A stretch of DNA of 64,000 nt, from the NCBI RefSeq assembly GCF_009914755.1, contig NC_060925.1; one strand, 5' to 3'. The notes below the pieces were generated by a model. It had not been told where the DNA came from and ran no database searches. It saw only the letters and a program-made list of their open reading frames with translations. The stretch's first letter is position 1. Every line of letters starts with the position of its first letter. The position numbers were made by a program, and so were the translations under genes. Of the stretch, positions 24,511 to 36,999 are shown in pieces. This DNA comes from the human T2T-CHM13v2.0 reference genome, Homo sapiens.

Positions 24511-25289
24511 CCATTCCCCCAAACTATTTTGTTGTCCAATAAGAGTTAGAGAAATTGCGGTTTAAAAACAGGAAATAGATTAACATCAATGAGAATAGGC
24601 ACTATAAACAGTAGCTATGATCTATTGGGCCTTTCCAACACATTACAACAGGCTGTGGGTATCTGCATGAAATATGCATAGCATTGCAATGGGAAAGAGG
24701 AGCTATGAGCCTTTCAGAATAAGTGGGCCAAACGCAGTGTAGAATGCTCCCTACAGTTGCCCTTTTGTGAAATTCACACTCTAATCACATATTCAATGTT
24801 TGTCTTTGTGGAGAATATACTCTCTACAAAGGGAAACAACCTTAATTCTCCTAAACATAGACACCAGGAAGAAAAATAAGGTTAATTTCTTCATTCTAGA
24901 TTCTAGCTGATGCCAGCTCTAGAGCTTCCAGGTTGCCCAGGACTATACCAGAAGCCTTTACTTCATCCTATGCATAATATTGACAAATAAGCTTATGTTT
25001 TAAACACTGATTCTCTGAAAAATGTTTTAAATCCAGCCATGAAGTGTCCATAAGCTAACATATACATTACTTTTACAAGGTGCACTCTGGAAGGAATCCT
25101 TTAAAAAGTTAAAATTTATTCACGTAAGCTATGTAGTTGTGTGGCCACTATGAAAGAATACTTAGTCAGTAGAACACAGAAAGAAAATGAAATCAGGAGT
25201 TATGCTACATCAGATGGAAGAAGCAATGCAGTGTCTGGTAAGGAAAACAAACAAACAAAACATGAGTTGTCCAGGACTAGCTCTACTAG

Positions 25290-25450
25290 AAGCAGTGTAA
25301 CATGTTGGAAATAGCTCTTCAATCAGAAAGTCTGGTCTCCTTATATACTAGCTATGTAGCTTTAGACAATCCATTTAAGTCCCTGAAACTTCTCCCATAT
25401 TTTAATAAAAATATCTTTTGAGATAACATCCACAAGCACTTTTAAAACAC
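25290..25450 (+). mobile_element. Degenerate MIR fragment
   Basis: tactagctatgtagctttagacaatccatttaagtccctgaa. Confidence 0.5.
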
Positions 25451-26072
25451 ATATATGTAATTAGTAAGGACTGGGGGACAGGAGTATGCTGTAAAATGCT
25501 CTGCAAATATAATTTCATGAAAATACATAACTACACTGGTGATATTAAATGGACTTTAATCAGTGGTGATAAAAGATGGTCAATTGTCTATATAATGGAT
25601 AACATGGTAGCCATTTTTCAACTTCAAGTTTAAGCTTCAATGAACCCTCATTTCCTCAAGCCCATAATATGGCCAGTAATTAAAATTATATTTCTGGTTT
25701 TAGTTGAAACTTCTATGATTCAAGTGGTTTTGCAGCCCTTCTCACATCAAAATATACAGAGAGCCATTTGGCTATTTTCATAATACTGAGTTGGTTGGTT
25801 TAATATCAAGGTTATTTTTGTTTTGTTTTGTTTAGCTATATAGGTCTACTGGTTACTACTGCAACGTTTAAATTAGGTTCATGCCTCCTTCTGTTAACAA
25901 AGATTAAGACTCATGTCCTGATTGCCTCTGGAAAATGTTGGGTAAAAGGAAAATAAGTACTTTTGGCAGCGAAGTGATCCATCCACTCGGAATAACTGAC
26001 CTAGATAAATGGGCTCTGAAATGGGGACTGATTAGCCTTCCTATCATTAGATAGGCATACAGCAGGCCTTAC

Positions 26073-26243
26073 CTTCTGTCTCTTTGTTTAATGTACTAAG
26101 AAGTTTTCTTAAGAACTTGTCAAAGGGTACAACGGTGGATGAGGCACAACCCCAACTGTGTCCATAGTAGGCAGACTGAAACCACAGGTCATCCAGCATT
26201 TTGAGAAATGGGGAAGGTGCATGCCGTCTTCTGCCAAATTTAT
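26073..26243 (-). other. Candidate internal exon (171 nt) of an unidentified minus-strand transcript
   Basis: Minus strand: ttaataac branch-like site, tgttttgtttag| acceptor, GAAG|gtaagg donor; length divisible by 3, one open frame; no repeat similarity noticed; peptide not recognised. Confidence 0.35.
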
Positions 26244-27999
26244 CTAAACAAAACATGTGTGAGGTTATTAAGAATTATAAAGACTTTACAGGCTATTTTT
26301 ATATAGGATCCAAATCAAAGGGAAGGAAGATTAAAGCCAACACAATTTCCATTTATTTTACAGTGCAGCACAGTTGAGGGCAAGAAGTGAGAGTGGGGAA
26401 TACTTAACTTGGCATCAGAATACCAGGATTACAGACCTAACTCTTACATTAAATTGAAATGTGATCTTTGGAAAAGCTAGCATAAATAATGTTTTAAAGG
26501 CATTTTCAATTATAACATTATATCATTCTTGATTTATATTCTTGATAACTAAAAGAGAAACCACCATTGTTCATTTTTTTGGCCAGTTGCATGCCATTCC
26601 TTTCCTACATCTGTCCAGAAGGTCAAAAGCAGAGTCTAAATTAGGGCATCTCCAAAAGACAAACAGCATGGGGCATGTTCAATATCAGCTTATTCAGGAC
26701 ACAACAAAAGACATGTTCTAAAATTTATCCTATGACTAAGCCTCAAGTGGAGACTTTAAAACTGTCCTCTATTTTCAGATCTCTTTATTTAATGTTTCAT
26801 GGAATCTGAAAAATGTGGAGGAGAGAGAATCACTTTTCTTTTCAGTCAACACGATGCCATGACAACCAGTTAAAATGTGAAGGATTGTCAAATCAACAAT
26901 TGTTTTGTCCACATGATGCCAAATAACAACCAGTTTGAGTGATTTGTTTTTTAAGTACAAATTTGTTCAGTTGTTGAAGCACGTAGATACACGCTCCTTA
27001 ATAATCATACCTTTTATTTTCTTCACAGTGTACAAACCAATTTCAAACATATTATCTCATTTTTATTCTGATTTTTCCAACAAGCTCTGGACTGTCAGTA
27101 GAGCATTATTATACAGTATTACTGTATTTATTTTACAAATGAAGATTATAAGTGGGATTTAAGTTGTATAAGCATAACTATCCCAATTAATTTGCTCTAT
27201 TTTCTCTAAATGAAACTGAAGAAAATACAGTGTTTTGCACATCAGATTGTAGTATGTAAATTTTGCCTGGCCCAAAGAACATGTTCAGCAAATGGTGTTT
27301 AACAGTATTTTACTATTTTCCATTATCAACAGTGGAGTGTCCGCTTCCCCACTGGATTATTGTTCTTCCATGTATAGGCAAATGTTGAACACCTTCATTC
27401 TCTTCTGCAGCCTAGGTCCTGGAAAAATAGAGGCCCTTTCCTTTGGCACCTAGGTTTGTCTCCTTTACTTCTGTTGAAATAGATATCACCTCAAATATAA
27501 TTCAGTTCCAACAGACTGAGTCTACTGAAATTTCTTGACTAACATTGTAAAGAGATGGAGGCTTAAGAAAGTAATTTGGTCAAGATTACTTGATGATAAA
27601 TGTTGTAATCAAGACACGAATCCCTGTCTATATCACTTCAAAGCCCATTCTTCAAACATGTTTCAAAACTTGTTTTCAGATTTAATGTCAAATCCTAAAA
27701 TTCTTGTTATCCTGGAGCTCCCCACTCATTGTCCCAGTGGTTTTCTGTACTCTTAGGGAAGGGTAGATACTGAGTAGAAATGGAAACTATTGCTCAACTT
27801 TAACTGTTAAATCTTGCTTTTAAGATTTCGTTTTATTTTATTTAGTCCCTAGACACAATGTTCTTAAAAGCCAAGTAAGATTGAGGAAGAAAATGCTTTT
27901 CTTAATTTTTTTTCAGCTCCTATTAAAATAGCAAGTGCTGGCCCTAAATCCCAGAGCTGTGGACGGAGAGAATCTGCCATCTGGATCAGCCTAACCTGT

Positions 28000-28307
28000 G
28001 ATTTATTCACTTTCTCACTCAACAGACTTTATTGAGTGCCAACTATGTGGGGAACAACACAGACTCATGGAAATTCATGAAATTTGCAGTCCAGCAGGTG
28101 ACTTAGATATTGACTAAATAGTAAAAAGTATGATATACCGAGGTACAGGATACTGTTGGGGACATTTAACAGGGAGTGAACTTAGTCTGGGGCTCAGAGT
28201 AAGCTATCTTCCAAGAGAGAGATGATATTAGTGCTGCAACCTAAAGTATGAATACAAGTCAGCTGGAATAGAGCAGATTCAGGTAGCTGAAAAAATATAT
28301 TCAATGT
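28000..28307 (-). mobile_element. L2 3' fragment (host of the LTR element; continues at ~30612-30960)
   Basis: tttattcactttctcactcaacagactttattgagtgccaactatgtg; L2-like sequence resumes after the insert. Confidence 0.65.
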
Positions 28308-28772
28308 TTGGATGGTTAGTTGTGTGTGTCAACCTGGCTAGGTTATAGTATCCTGTTATTTAATTAAACACTAATCTAAGCATTGCTGTGAGGGTGTTTA
28401 TAGATGTCGTTAACGTCTACCACCAGTTGGCTTTAAGAAAATTTTCTTTGATAACATGGATGGGTCTCATTCAATTAGTTGAAAGGCATTAAGACAAAAG
28501 CTGAGGTTTCCCTGAGGAAGAAGAAATTCCATCTCTGGACTGCAGCTTCAACTCTTGCCTGACAGTTCAGCCCTTGGGCTGCTCTATGTAATGCTTGCCA
28601 GACCCCACAATTGCATAAGCCAATTCCTTGCAATAAATCATATATATGTACACACAGATACACATGTAAACATATACACACATTATGATTCCTCTATTTC
28701 CCCATAAGCCTCTCTCTATATATAATCTATATCTATATCTAATATAAACATAATAAAACGCTGACTGATATA
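28308..28772 (+). mobile_element. MLT2-type (ERVL; MLT2C/D-like) LTR
   Basis: gatggttagttgtgtgtgtcaacctggctaggttatagta...aaacactaatctaag...ccagaccccacaattgcataagccaattccttgcaataaatc, TA/CA-rich stretch, ends ctgactgatata. Confidence 0.8.
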
Positions 28773-30139
28773 ACTTTTTGCTCTAGGAAGTGAGGTATTA
28801 CTGTAACAAATACTTTAAAATGTAGAAGTGGCTTTGGAATGGAGGAATGAATAAAGGCTGAAAAATTTTTGAGGAACAGGATAGAAAAATCTTACTTTGA
28901 AGAGATTTTTGGTGAGAATATGAATGTTAAAGGTAAGCATTTAGAAGATAATGAATAAAGTTACTGGAAACTGGAGAAGAGTAAATTCTTGCTATAAAGT
29001 AGCAGAAAACATGATGGAATTGTATTCTACAGGTAGGTGAAAAGCAGAACATGTAAGCAATGAACTTGAATATTCATCTGAGGATATTTCCAAGAAAAGC
29101 GTAGAAGGTGTAGGCTGGTTTCTTCTTACTGCTTTTAGGTGAATGCAAGAGGAAGGAGATAAATTGAGGAAGGAACTGTTAAGTAGAGAGAAATAAGCAC
29201 TTGATGGTTTGGGAGATTCTTAGCCTATCCAGATTGCAAAGGATGTTAAAATTAAGAAAATCATGGTTGAGAAACTACATTCCTGAGAAAAGTCCAAGTG
29301 TGTGGCTAAACAAACTTTTGCTGAAGAGATTATATTTGTGACTCATGAGTCCACTCAACCTTCTGGACAAAAGCCAGGTGTAGTTATGGAATTATCTAGG
29401 AAAGACCTGTGGAGAATCCTTTTGTCCAATGGCATGAATCACCTTGATATAGAGGGGAAGCCTATAAGGTTTCTGAAAATGTGATACCAGCAGAACACTG
29501 TCAGCCTGGACAAAAGAAACAGAGACCAGATGAAATGATGGAAGGTTATCAGACTTCCAAAATTCTGCAGGCACAAAACATGCTGATAGAGCTACCTGAC
29601 TGCAAACATCTGCTCTTGTTCAAGAAAAAGGAAGAATGATTCAGAGGGCAATGGAGCTGCCAGCAAGGGCATGGAGGGTGAGGAAGCTGCCACTTAGAGT
29701 GCAGGAGGCAGAACGGTGAGGCAAATCATTATTCTCAGGCCTTCCAATCTAACAGAATTTGCCCTCCTGTATTTCACACTTGTTTAGAACCAGTGACCCC
29801 TTTATTCCTTCCATTTCCTGTCTTTTGGAATGGGAATATCTATCTCATGCCTACATCATCATTGTATTTTGTAAGCAGGTAACTTGTTTTCAAGTTTTAC
29901 AGGCTCACAGATGAAGAGGAATTTTATGTTTGGATGGATCATCCCTATAGTCTCACCGATATCTGATGTAGATTATTTCAGTGATGAGATTTGGGACTTT
30001 TTGTGTTTATAATATTCTGATGCGATTTGGAACTTATAGTTAATGCTATAGTGGACTGAGACTTTTGAATATATTGAGATGAAGTGAATGTATTTTGCAT
30101 GTGGAATGGATATAAAGTTTCTGGTGCCAGAGGACAGAG
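28773..30139 (+). mobile_element. MaLR (MLT1-type) internal region, ~1.4 kb
   Basis: ctgtaacaaatactttaaaatgtagaagtggctttggaa at the start; aatgtattttgcatgtggaatggatataaagttt..gccagagg at the end; no intact ORF. Confidence 0.85.
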
Positions 30140-30611
30140 AGCGTAGGTCAAACTGTGTCCTTACAAAAGATACGTTCACTTGGAAGTTCAGCATATTTGC
30201 TTATTTGGTATAATGGTATTTTGCAGATAAACTAGGTGAGGATTTTGAGATGAGATAATCCTAAATTAGAGTGAGCCCTCAATATAATGATAAATATCCT
30301 AATACAAGACAGAAGAGGAAAAAACACAGACACACACAGGGAAGAAGGCCACAGGAAGCCTAAGGCAGGAATTTAAATGATGCCTATAAGAGCCAAGGAA
30401 TGCCGAAGATTGCCTGCAAGCACCAGATGCTAGGAGTTAAGGGGTGGAATGCAATCTCCCTCAGAGAGAACCCCTAGAAGGATACAGCCCTGCTGATACC
30501 TTGACTTTGGATATATCTGTCTTCCAGATTAGAAAAAAAAAATCTACTTCTAACATTTTGAGCCACTAAGTTTGTGATCATTTGTTATGGCAGTTTTAGA
30601 AAACTAATATA
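30140..30611 (+). mobile_element. MLT1C-like MaLR LTR
   Basis: gccaaggaatgccgaagattgcctgcaagcaccagatgctagg...tctccctcagag...ccctgctgataccttgac...tttgttatggcagttttagaaaactaatata. Confidence 0.88.
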
Positions 30612-31899
30612 AAAGTCTTGAGTTATCTGAGTCAGTGAAAGAAAAAAAGAAGAAAAGAAAAAAGTGAGCAAGGCTGGATCATATAAAAATAGGGGTAACT
30701 GGACATGAGTGTAAAGAATTAGCCAAAGGCTGACATTTCCCAATCCCTAAGGGCCACTAAAGGATTTTTCTTCAGAAAATGATATGATCAAATTTGTCTT
30801 TTTGAAGGATGTCTCTGGCCACCTGTCAGAAAAATGGCTTGTTACTGGTGTGGAGAGAGAGGTGGCAGAGTGTCAGAACAAAGTAGAAATTCCAAGATCC
30901 AAGCAAAAAAAATTAGAATGCAAGAGAATAGTGAAAATTGAAGAAATGAACCAAGCAAGTACAAAAGAAGACAAGAGGCCTTTAGCTTAAGAAAATGCAA
31001 AAATAATGATAATCAAAGTTATTTCAGGTTATTTAATGCCAGTGCATGACTAGAAAATAGGAGACCTTCACAATAGGATAGACCTCAGTGCACATGTTCC
31101 CTCAGAAACCTTGCTTTTGGGCAAATTGACTAAACTGTCTGAGCCAAGTTTATCATCTTAATAGTAGATATATTTTTAGACTTGTTGAATGGATGAGAAA
31201 TTTTACACTCTAACATAAAAGGTGAGTAGAGCAAATTTCAAAAGAGGAAGAAGGAATCTCTTTATTCTTTTTCTCCTTTTATTTCTCCTATCATTATTTT
31301 AAATACTGTTCCTAGCAGCTGATTATCCTAACCTTTCCATTCTCCATTAGCTAAACCTGGATTCTACCAGCTTTATCAGTTTCTCTCTCTCTCCTTCCAT
31401 CATTTTGATACGTAAAACCACTACTATGATTTCTCTGTTTGATCTCAAGTCTTTTCTCAAACCAGCTCCTTTTCTTCCTGCAGCCACACACATGAATGAA
31501 CAAACACAAACATATCTAAGAAATATCAATTTGTATTCCTTTCATCAGGAATCAATAGAGCCACAATCTACCAGCAACTGGCTCTTCCTGTAATTTGCAC
31601 TGATTTAGGTTATTTGTTTTTATTCAATTACTAACGCTTATTTTTCCAACTAGCTTAGACATACTCCAGGAAAGCATTCTACATTTATATTAGAGGAAGT
31701 GGAGGGTTTATCCCACTGTCATAATCGGCCTAGATTCCAGGTGTTATTTTCAATCCCTAAAAAAAGACTTTCTTATGATTCTTTATAATCTAGTCAAATT
31801 CTGTCTTCCCTTATGTTTTGTTTGTTTGTTTGTTTTTAAGAGTATCGGAAATAATTGGAGATGATGCTGTTTGTTTTGACTCCCACTCTTTCTACTCCT

Positions 31900-32270
31900 T
31901 AACATGAAAGATCAGAGTCTGGGCTCTCTACTCTTCCCAAAGTGTTACATCCTCTGGCCCATCTTTATTCCTTTGCTCACATTCTTACTCCTGCTCAAGT
32001 GTATTCCCACCCCTTCCTGCCCAGCCAATCCCTATTCATGTTTAATGGCTGAAGCACTTTCCAAAATCTTCCCAGACTACTCCAGCCTACATAGCCCTTC
32101 TCTTTTACACTGTATGAATTTAAAGTCAATATGAAAACCTAAGTTTCTAAATTTTACACAGTTTTATTAATACGTTTGACACCAATCTCTCAACTTACTA
32201 TACCATAAACTACCTGAAGTAAAAATTATATCTTATATTTTTTGCAAACATCAAAGCACAGGTAATAAAT
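31900..32270 (+). mobile_element. L2 fragment
   Basis: cctttgctcacattcttactcctgct...ccaatccctattcatgtttaa...cttcccagactactccagcc. Confidence 0.5.
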
Positions 32271-32408
32271 AAGAAATGCTATAAAAGCCATAAATATTAT
32301 GACCGAAAGCAGTAGGGGGATAAAAAGCATGCAAAGGAAGTCTTTTTCAAACCACTTCTAGCCATCCATACTTCTAGATATATGACCAGAGTTGTGAACC
32401 TCCCTGTG

Positions 32409-32572
32409 TAGTTCTCAGACTTCATACATCGGTGATGCTGTTTAAATGCAGCTCCCGAGACTCCTCCTGCAAGGATTCTGTAGTGATGCTTGGGTAGCTA
32501 CCTTTTACCAAGGCAATCCAGTGATTCTTATTCAGAAGACTGAAGGACAATCTTGTGAGAAATATCACTCTA
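32409..32572. mobile_element. MER5-family hAT MITE remnant
   Basis: TIR-like ends tagttctcaga ... tgagaaatatcact; internal tttaaatgcagctccc...gattctg...gtgattct. Confidence 0.5.
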
Positions 32573-32789
32573 GGGATAAAGTAACAAAACTACATGTCCT
32601 AGGAACTAACACTGAGCAGGAAGAAGAGAAACACAGGCTGTAGCCAGACATTCAGGTAATCTCCCACTTCCTGTAAATTATAGTCTGGAATTTTGGACTC
32701 TCAGCCTCTCCATCTCTTACTAACTACAATGTCTCCAATTCCTCACTTGGCAATCCTACAGTTAAAGTTCCTTTCTAGACTTTTACTTT

Positions 32790-33030
32790 TTACTAAACAC
32801 TCATCTAATACTTGCTATGATCTAGTGAGTCTTGTATACACATACTAGTTATTTTAACATGAAATTTGTGAGATAGAATCCCTTTACTGTCTTCATGTTA
32901 TAGATGAGGGAACTAAGGCACACAGCAGTAAAATAACTTGCCCAAGGTCATAGACTAAGTACATAGCAGAGCTGAGAATCAAACCCAAGCAATCTGGCTC
33001 CATAGCCTGCAATCTGAACCACCATAAAAC
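32790..33030 (-). mobile_element. MIR
   Basis: ttatagatgaggggaactaaggcacacagcagtaaaataacttgcccaaggtcatagactaagt...gcagagctgagaatcaaacccaagcaatctggctcca. Confidence 0.88.
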
Positions 33031-33099
33031 CATCACAATGTACTGCCTCATCAGTTCTGCATTTCAGACATATTGCATGCTTTTCCCAGTTTCTGATGT

Positions 33100-33600
33100 C
33101 AATACAATCAATAGATATTCAATATTTATTACGTGTCAGCTATCATAATATGTACTAGGACTATAACCCCAGAATAAAACTCCATCTGTGCTTTCAAGAA
33201 GCCTATATTATAAGGTAGAATCCAGAAAAATAAATGAACATATAACCAAACATATTGATAAGTATTAATATCACAATAGGGACAAGAAGAGGATATTATG
33301 GGAGCACATAGGAAGGAAACTTATCATAGTCTTGGGACTGAAAAGACTTTCCAGAGGAAATATCATCTAAGCTGAAGTCTGAAAGAGCTCTTGCAAACAA
33401 GTTAAGGTTGATGGACTCACAGTACTGAGGTGTCTAGAGGAAGATGGACATGAGAGAATGTCATGGTCAAAGGTAAAGGCATATGCAAAAAATGTGAGGC
33501 AAAAGAAAGTTTGGTAAATTTCAGAAACTTTAGGTTGTTCATTGTCATCATACAGAAAAGTAAAAGAAGGTCAATGGTAACAGACAAATAAAGGAGAAAA
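33100..33600 (-). mobile_element. L2 3' fragment
   Basis: caatatttattacgtgtcagctat...tatgggagcacataggaagg...catctaagctgaagtctgaaag. Confidence 0.7.
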
Positions 33601-35731
33601 TGTTTCTTGGGATCTTTTTATTTCTTTCTTTTAGATGCTAACCCTAAGGAATCCATTCAAACTCTTGATTACTCTCCATGCTGAACAGGTTAGTCTGAAG
33701 TATTCTTGACCCATGAAACGGAATTAATCAAATCCTAGTGGCTCAGCGAAGCTCACCTTAGACCTTTCATCTGAAATTAATATGTTATGATTGATTAATA
33801 CAACTAATGGATACCGTATTTCTGAGCATACCGACATATGACAACACAATTCTTTTCAAACAAAGAGGATTCAAAATTCTATGTGTATAGATAGCCAATA
33901 AACAAAAGCTTTAAAGTCAATATAATCTAATACCTGAAAACTTGAAATTTTTTTTGTAGTTGTTTAAACAGTTCTAATTTATAGTTAGGGACTTTGATTT
34001 TCAATCTTCATTAACAAGCACAGTGCAATAAAGATGGATCACTGTATTAATGAAACAAAATTATTATGTGTTATTTATACAGGACAGCAATAAAATGAGA
34101 CCAAGAAGATTAAGCATTCTAGCATGCTGTAATTTATGTCAAAGTAATGTCCTCCTTTGAAGTCAGAGTCTGGCTTAAACAATGAAGCAGGAAAAATGTT
34201 CAAAACAGCAAAGGGGACTGGGAAAGTAAAAATCCAGTTTCATGTAGAATATCGAAAATATTTTGGCCAATTTAAAAGAAAAATCACTTATAGAACATAA
34301 TCTGAGAAAAAAGAAGGTGGAAAACAGCTTAGTATCTCTCCCTATCTTAGTTTGCCATACTTAGTCAAAGTCATTTGAAAAGCTACATTCGTAAGAGCTA
34401 GTGAGGTAAAGTGTTTCAAATGTCCTCAGTGCACTCTTTGAGGCTCTATGGGACAGTGAAACCCTGATTCACCTGTTAGGGAAAACACACACAAAAAAAC
34501 ACTTGACATGTTTAGAGATATTCAGTTCTTAAATGAATAATCTTCATTATTAACAAATGGCTTAACAAAGAAAGCCAGTGTTACAAGTATGCCGAACCCT
34601 TACTCCTAACTGCATTTATCCCTACTAAAACTATAAAGTGTCTCTTTGAAATAAAATTTTGACAATAAACAAATAGTATGGTTCTTTGCAATTTTTCTGA
34701 GTCCTAATTTTTAAAAAATGCATTAAGGATGTCATTTTTAATCTGGGCCCCACCAAGAGATTTGCAGCAATGTACCAGGGAAAAAGCAAAGCCAGGGATA
34801 TAAACCTATTGCATCACCATATAGAAGCAATTTAACTGAATAATTTTGGGGAAAAGTTTTTTTCTTTCTTTTTTTGTTTTTATTCTTAAGAGGTTTTGTC
34901 ACACCCACTTACAACCAAAATTAGTTTTTGGGTGGAAGCCTAGAAAGTAGAAGTTTTTATGGGCAGTAAGTGATTGTCAAATTCTGTACTTGTGTGTTGT
35001 GAAAAGGCCCATGATATTAACACTGCGCTGAATTAAAGGAAATACCATAAATTATGGTATTCTTGTAATCATCAAGACTGGTGTTTTTTTAGAGCTGAAA
35101 TTTACAGGTTTTTCTCCTGAATGTCTTTTTTAAAATTACATACACTCTCTCACACACACAAATATCACTGGCTCACCAAAATTATTCCAACCTCCTACCA
35201 CAATTTTTTCATGTATATTTTTTCTTAAATATAGGACTTCCATTTTCCCATATTGTAGAAGAAACAAAAATTCTGGAATTTGAGGCTGGGCATGATTTTA
35301 GTATTATATTGCTTTTGCATTTTAAAACTTTAAAGATTTTAAGTATTTTTGATAATGAAAAGAAACAAGTTTCAAAAAAGTTTGAGGAAAATTCTGAACA
35401 TCAAGTTTTGTCATCTGTAAATGTAGATAATAGCTGCCTTGTACTTTTACAAGGTATAATGAACACAAAGGTACTTTTCAATCTGTAGAATACCATATGA
35501 ATGTCTAATATTTCTGTTTTCATAGTATAATCACATTGCCTCATATAACATTTTCCCCTATACACAAAAATACAAAACTCTAAAATAGTTCTCAGAAATA
35601 CAATTAATATATACTAAAAATCTTAGTGCAAAGAGCACGAGTGACCTGACCAGCATTAATAGTGACCAGCACGATGCAGATATTTATACATATCTGATTT
35701 TTTTAAATAAAAATGTGTTGAATATTTTATC

Positions 35732-36210
35732 TGTCAGACTCCAGTCAGGAGATATAAACCACACTAGTTATCTTAACAGAGTTATAGTGAAGAATTAAAA
35801 GCGTAGAAAGTAAACATTAAGGTGTCACAGAGGTAAAGGGAAAATATCATTGCAAAAGTAGCCATCATTCAAAGGGAATAGGTTAGAATTACTTAAACTC
35901 AGATGCTAGAGAAGAAGCACATGAATCTGACATTCGGACCTCTGAGGATGAGGAGCTCCTTGACTGATGCTGGAATCTGCAAGCCTTGCAGGTGGATGAA
36001 GGGGGGTACGAGGTCCAGACCTTTGAGGAGGCAGAGCATATCTCTTCTTTCTCCAGCTTTCCAGTTGTTTTTTCACATTCCATATTAGCTTAGCCTAACA
36101 CAGAGTCAGCTAGCAGAGTAGAAATGGGACATGAAGAGTTCCAGCACTAGCATAACAAAGCAGAGAATAAAAGGGTGGATTTAGAGCTGATACCACAGCT
36201 TCACAACTGG
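35732..36210 (-). mobile_element. Ancient MaLR LTR (MLT1M/N-like)
   Basis: tccagtcaggagatataaaccacactagttatcttaacagag start and agcagagaataaaagggtggatttagagctga end resemble reversed old MLT1 LTRs. Confidence 0.55.
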
Positions 36211-36999
36211 ATCAAATATACAAATGGTAGACTGATTGAAAGAATAAAGAAACAGAGAAAAGAATGAAGAAGTGAAATATTTATTTACTTGGTGGCTGAG
36301 TTAGAATCAAAGTGCTCTGCTTTCCAGATTTCTCCATAATGCACTCTAATACCTGCATTCCTCAAAACTAAATATATGTTGAAATTTTTGAATCATATGA
36401 CATTTAAATATATTAAGGAGATTTACTATTTATAGGAATATTATGGCAAATTGTTTTGCAAGATAAATAACTAGTCGCTAATTTAACTGGTTCAAAACTC
36501 AGAATTTGCATACACTTTGTTTGCTTAAGCAAATTAAATCTAAGTGAAAAATATGAGGTTCACAAACCATAAGACCTACTTGGCTCCCAGAGGACTTTCT
36601 CAGCATATAATAGTGTGCCAGATTGAGTGGCACAATTTTAGTTCCTGGCAAGATGATAAATAAACACAAGCTCCTGTGTTCCCTCACTCCCACCACGGCC
36701 CAACCTTGAAAGTGCTACAGACGAGAAAGGGTTTAGGGTAACATTTTAGTTTTATTATTTTTCTGTCTGCAAACTATCCTGTATAGATTATTGTTTTCTC
36801 TTCCCTCACTCCCATCACCAGTAGAGGTAGAAAAATTATTACACCAGCCATATACAACCATAGACATGGCACAATAAGCCTAGCTAGAAAGGAGAAAAAA
36901 TAGTAAGTAAGTAATTAAAAACAGTAAGCCCCTGAGCATTCCCTCTGCTATCCTTCACTCCCTCTACCAATGAGGACTAAGTAAGCATACATACACTTA

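Noticed and set aside
27111-27127. Palindrome atacagta-t-tactgtat
   Set aside because: 8-bp arms in a decayed MIR-like region; chance level
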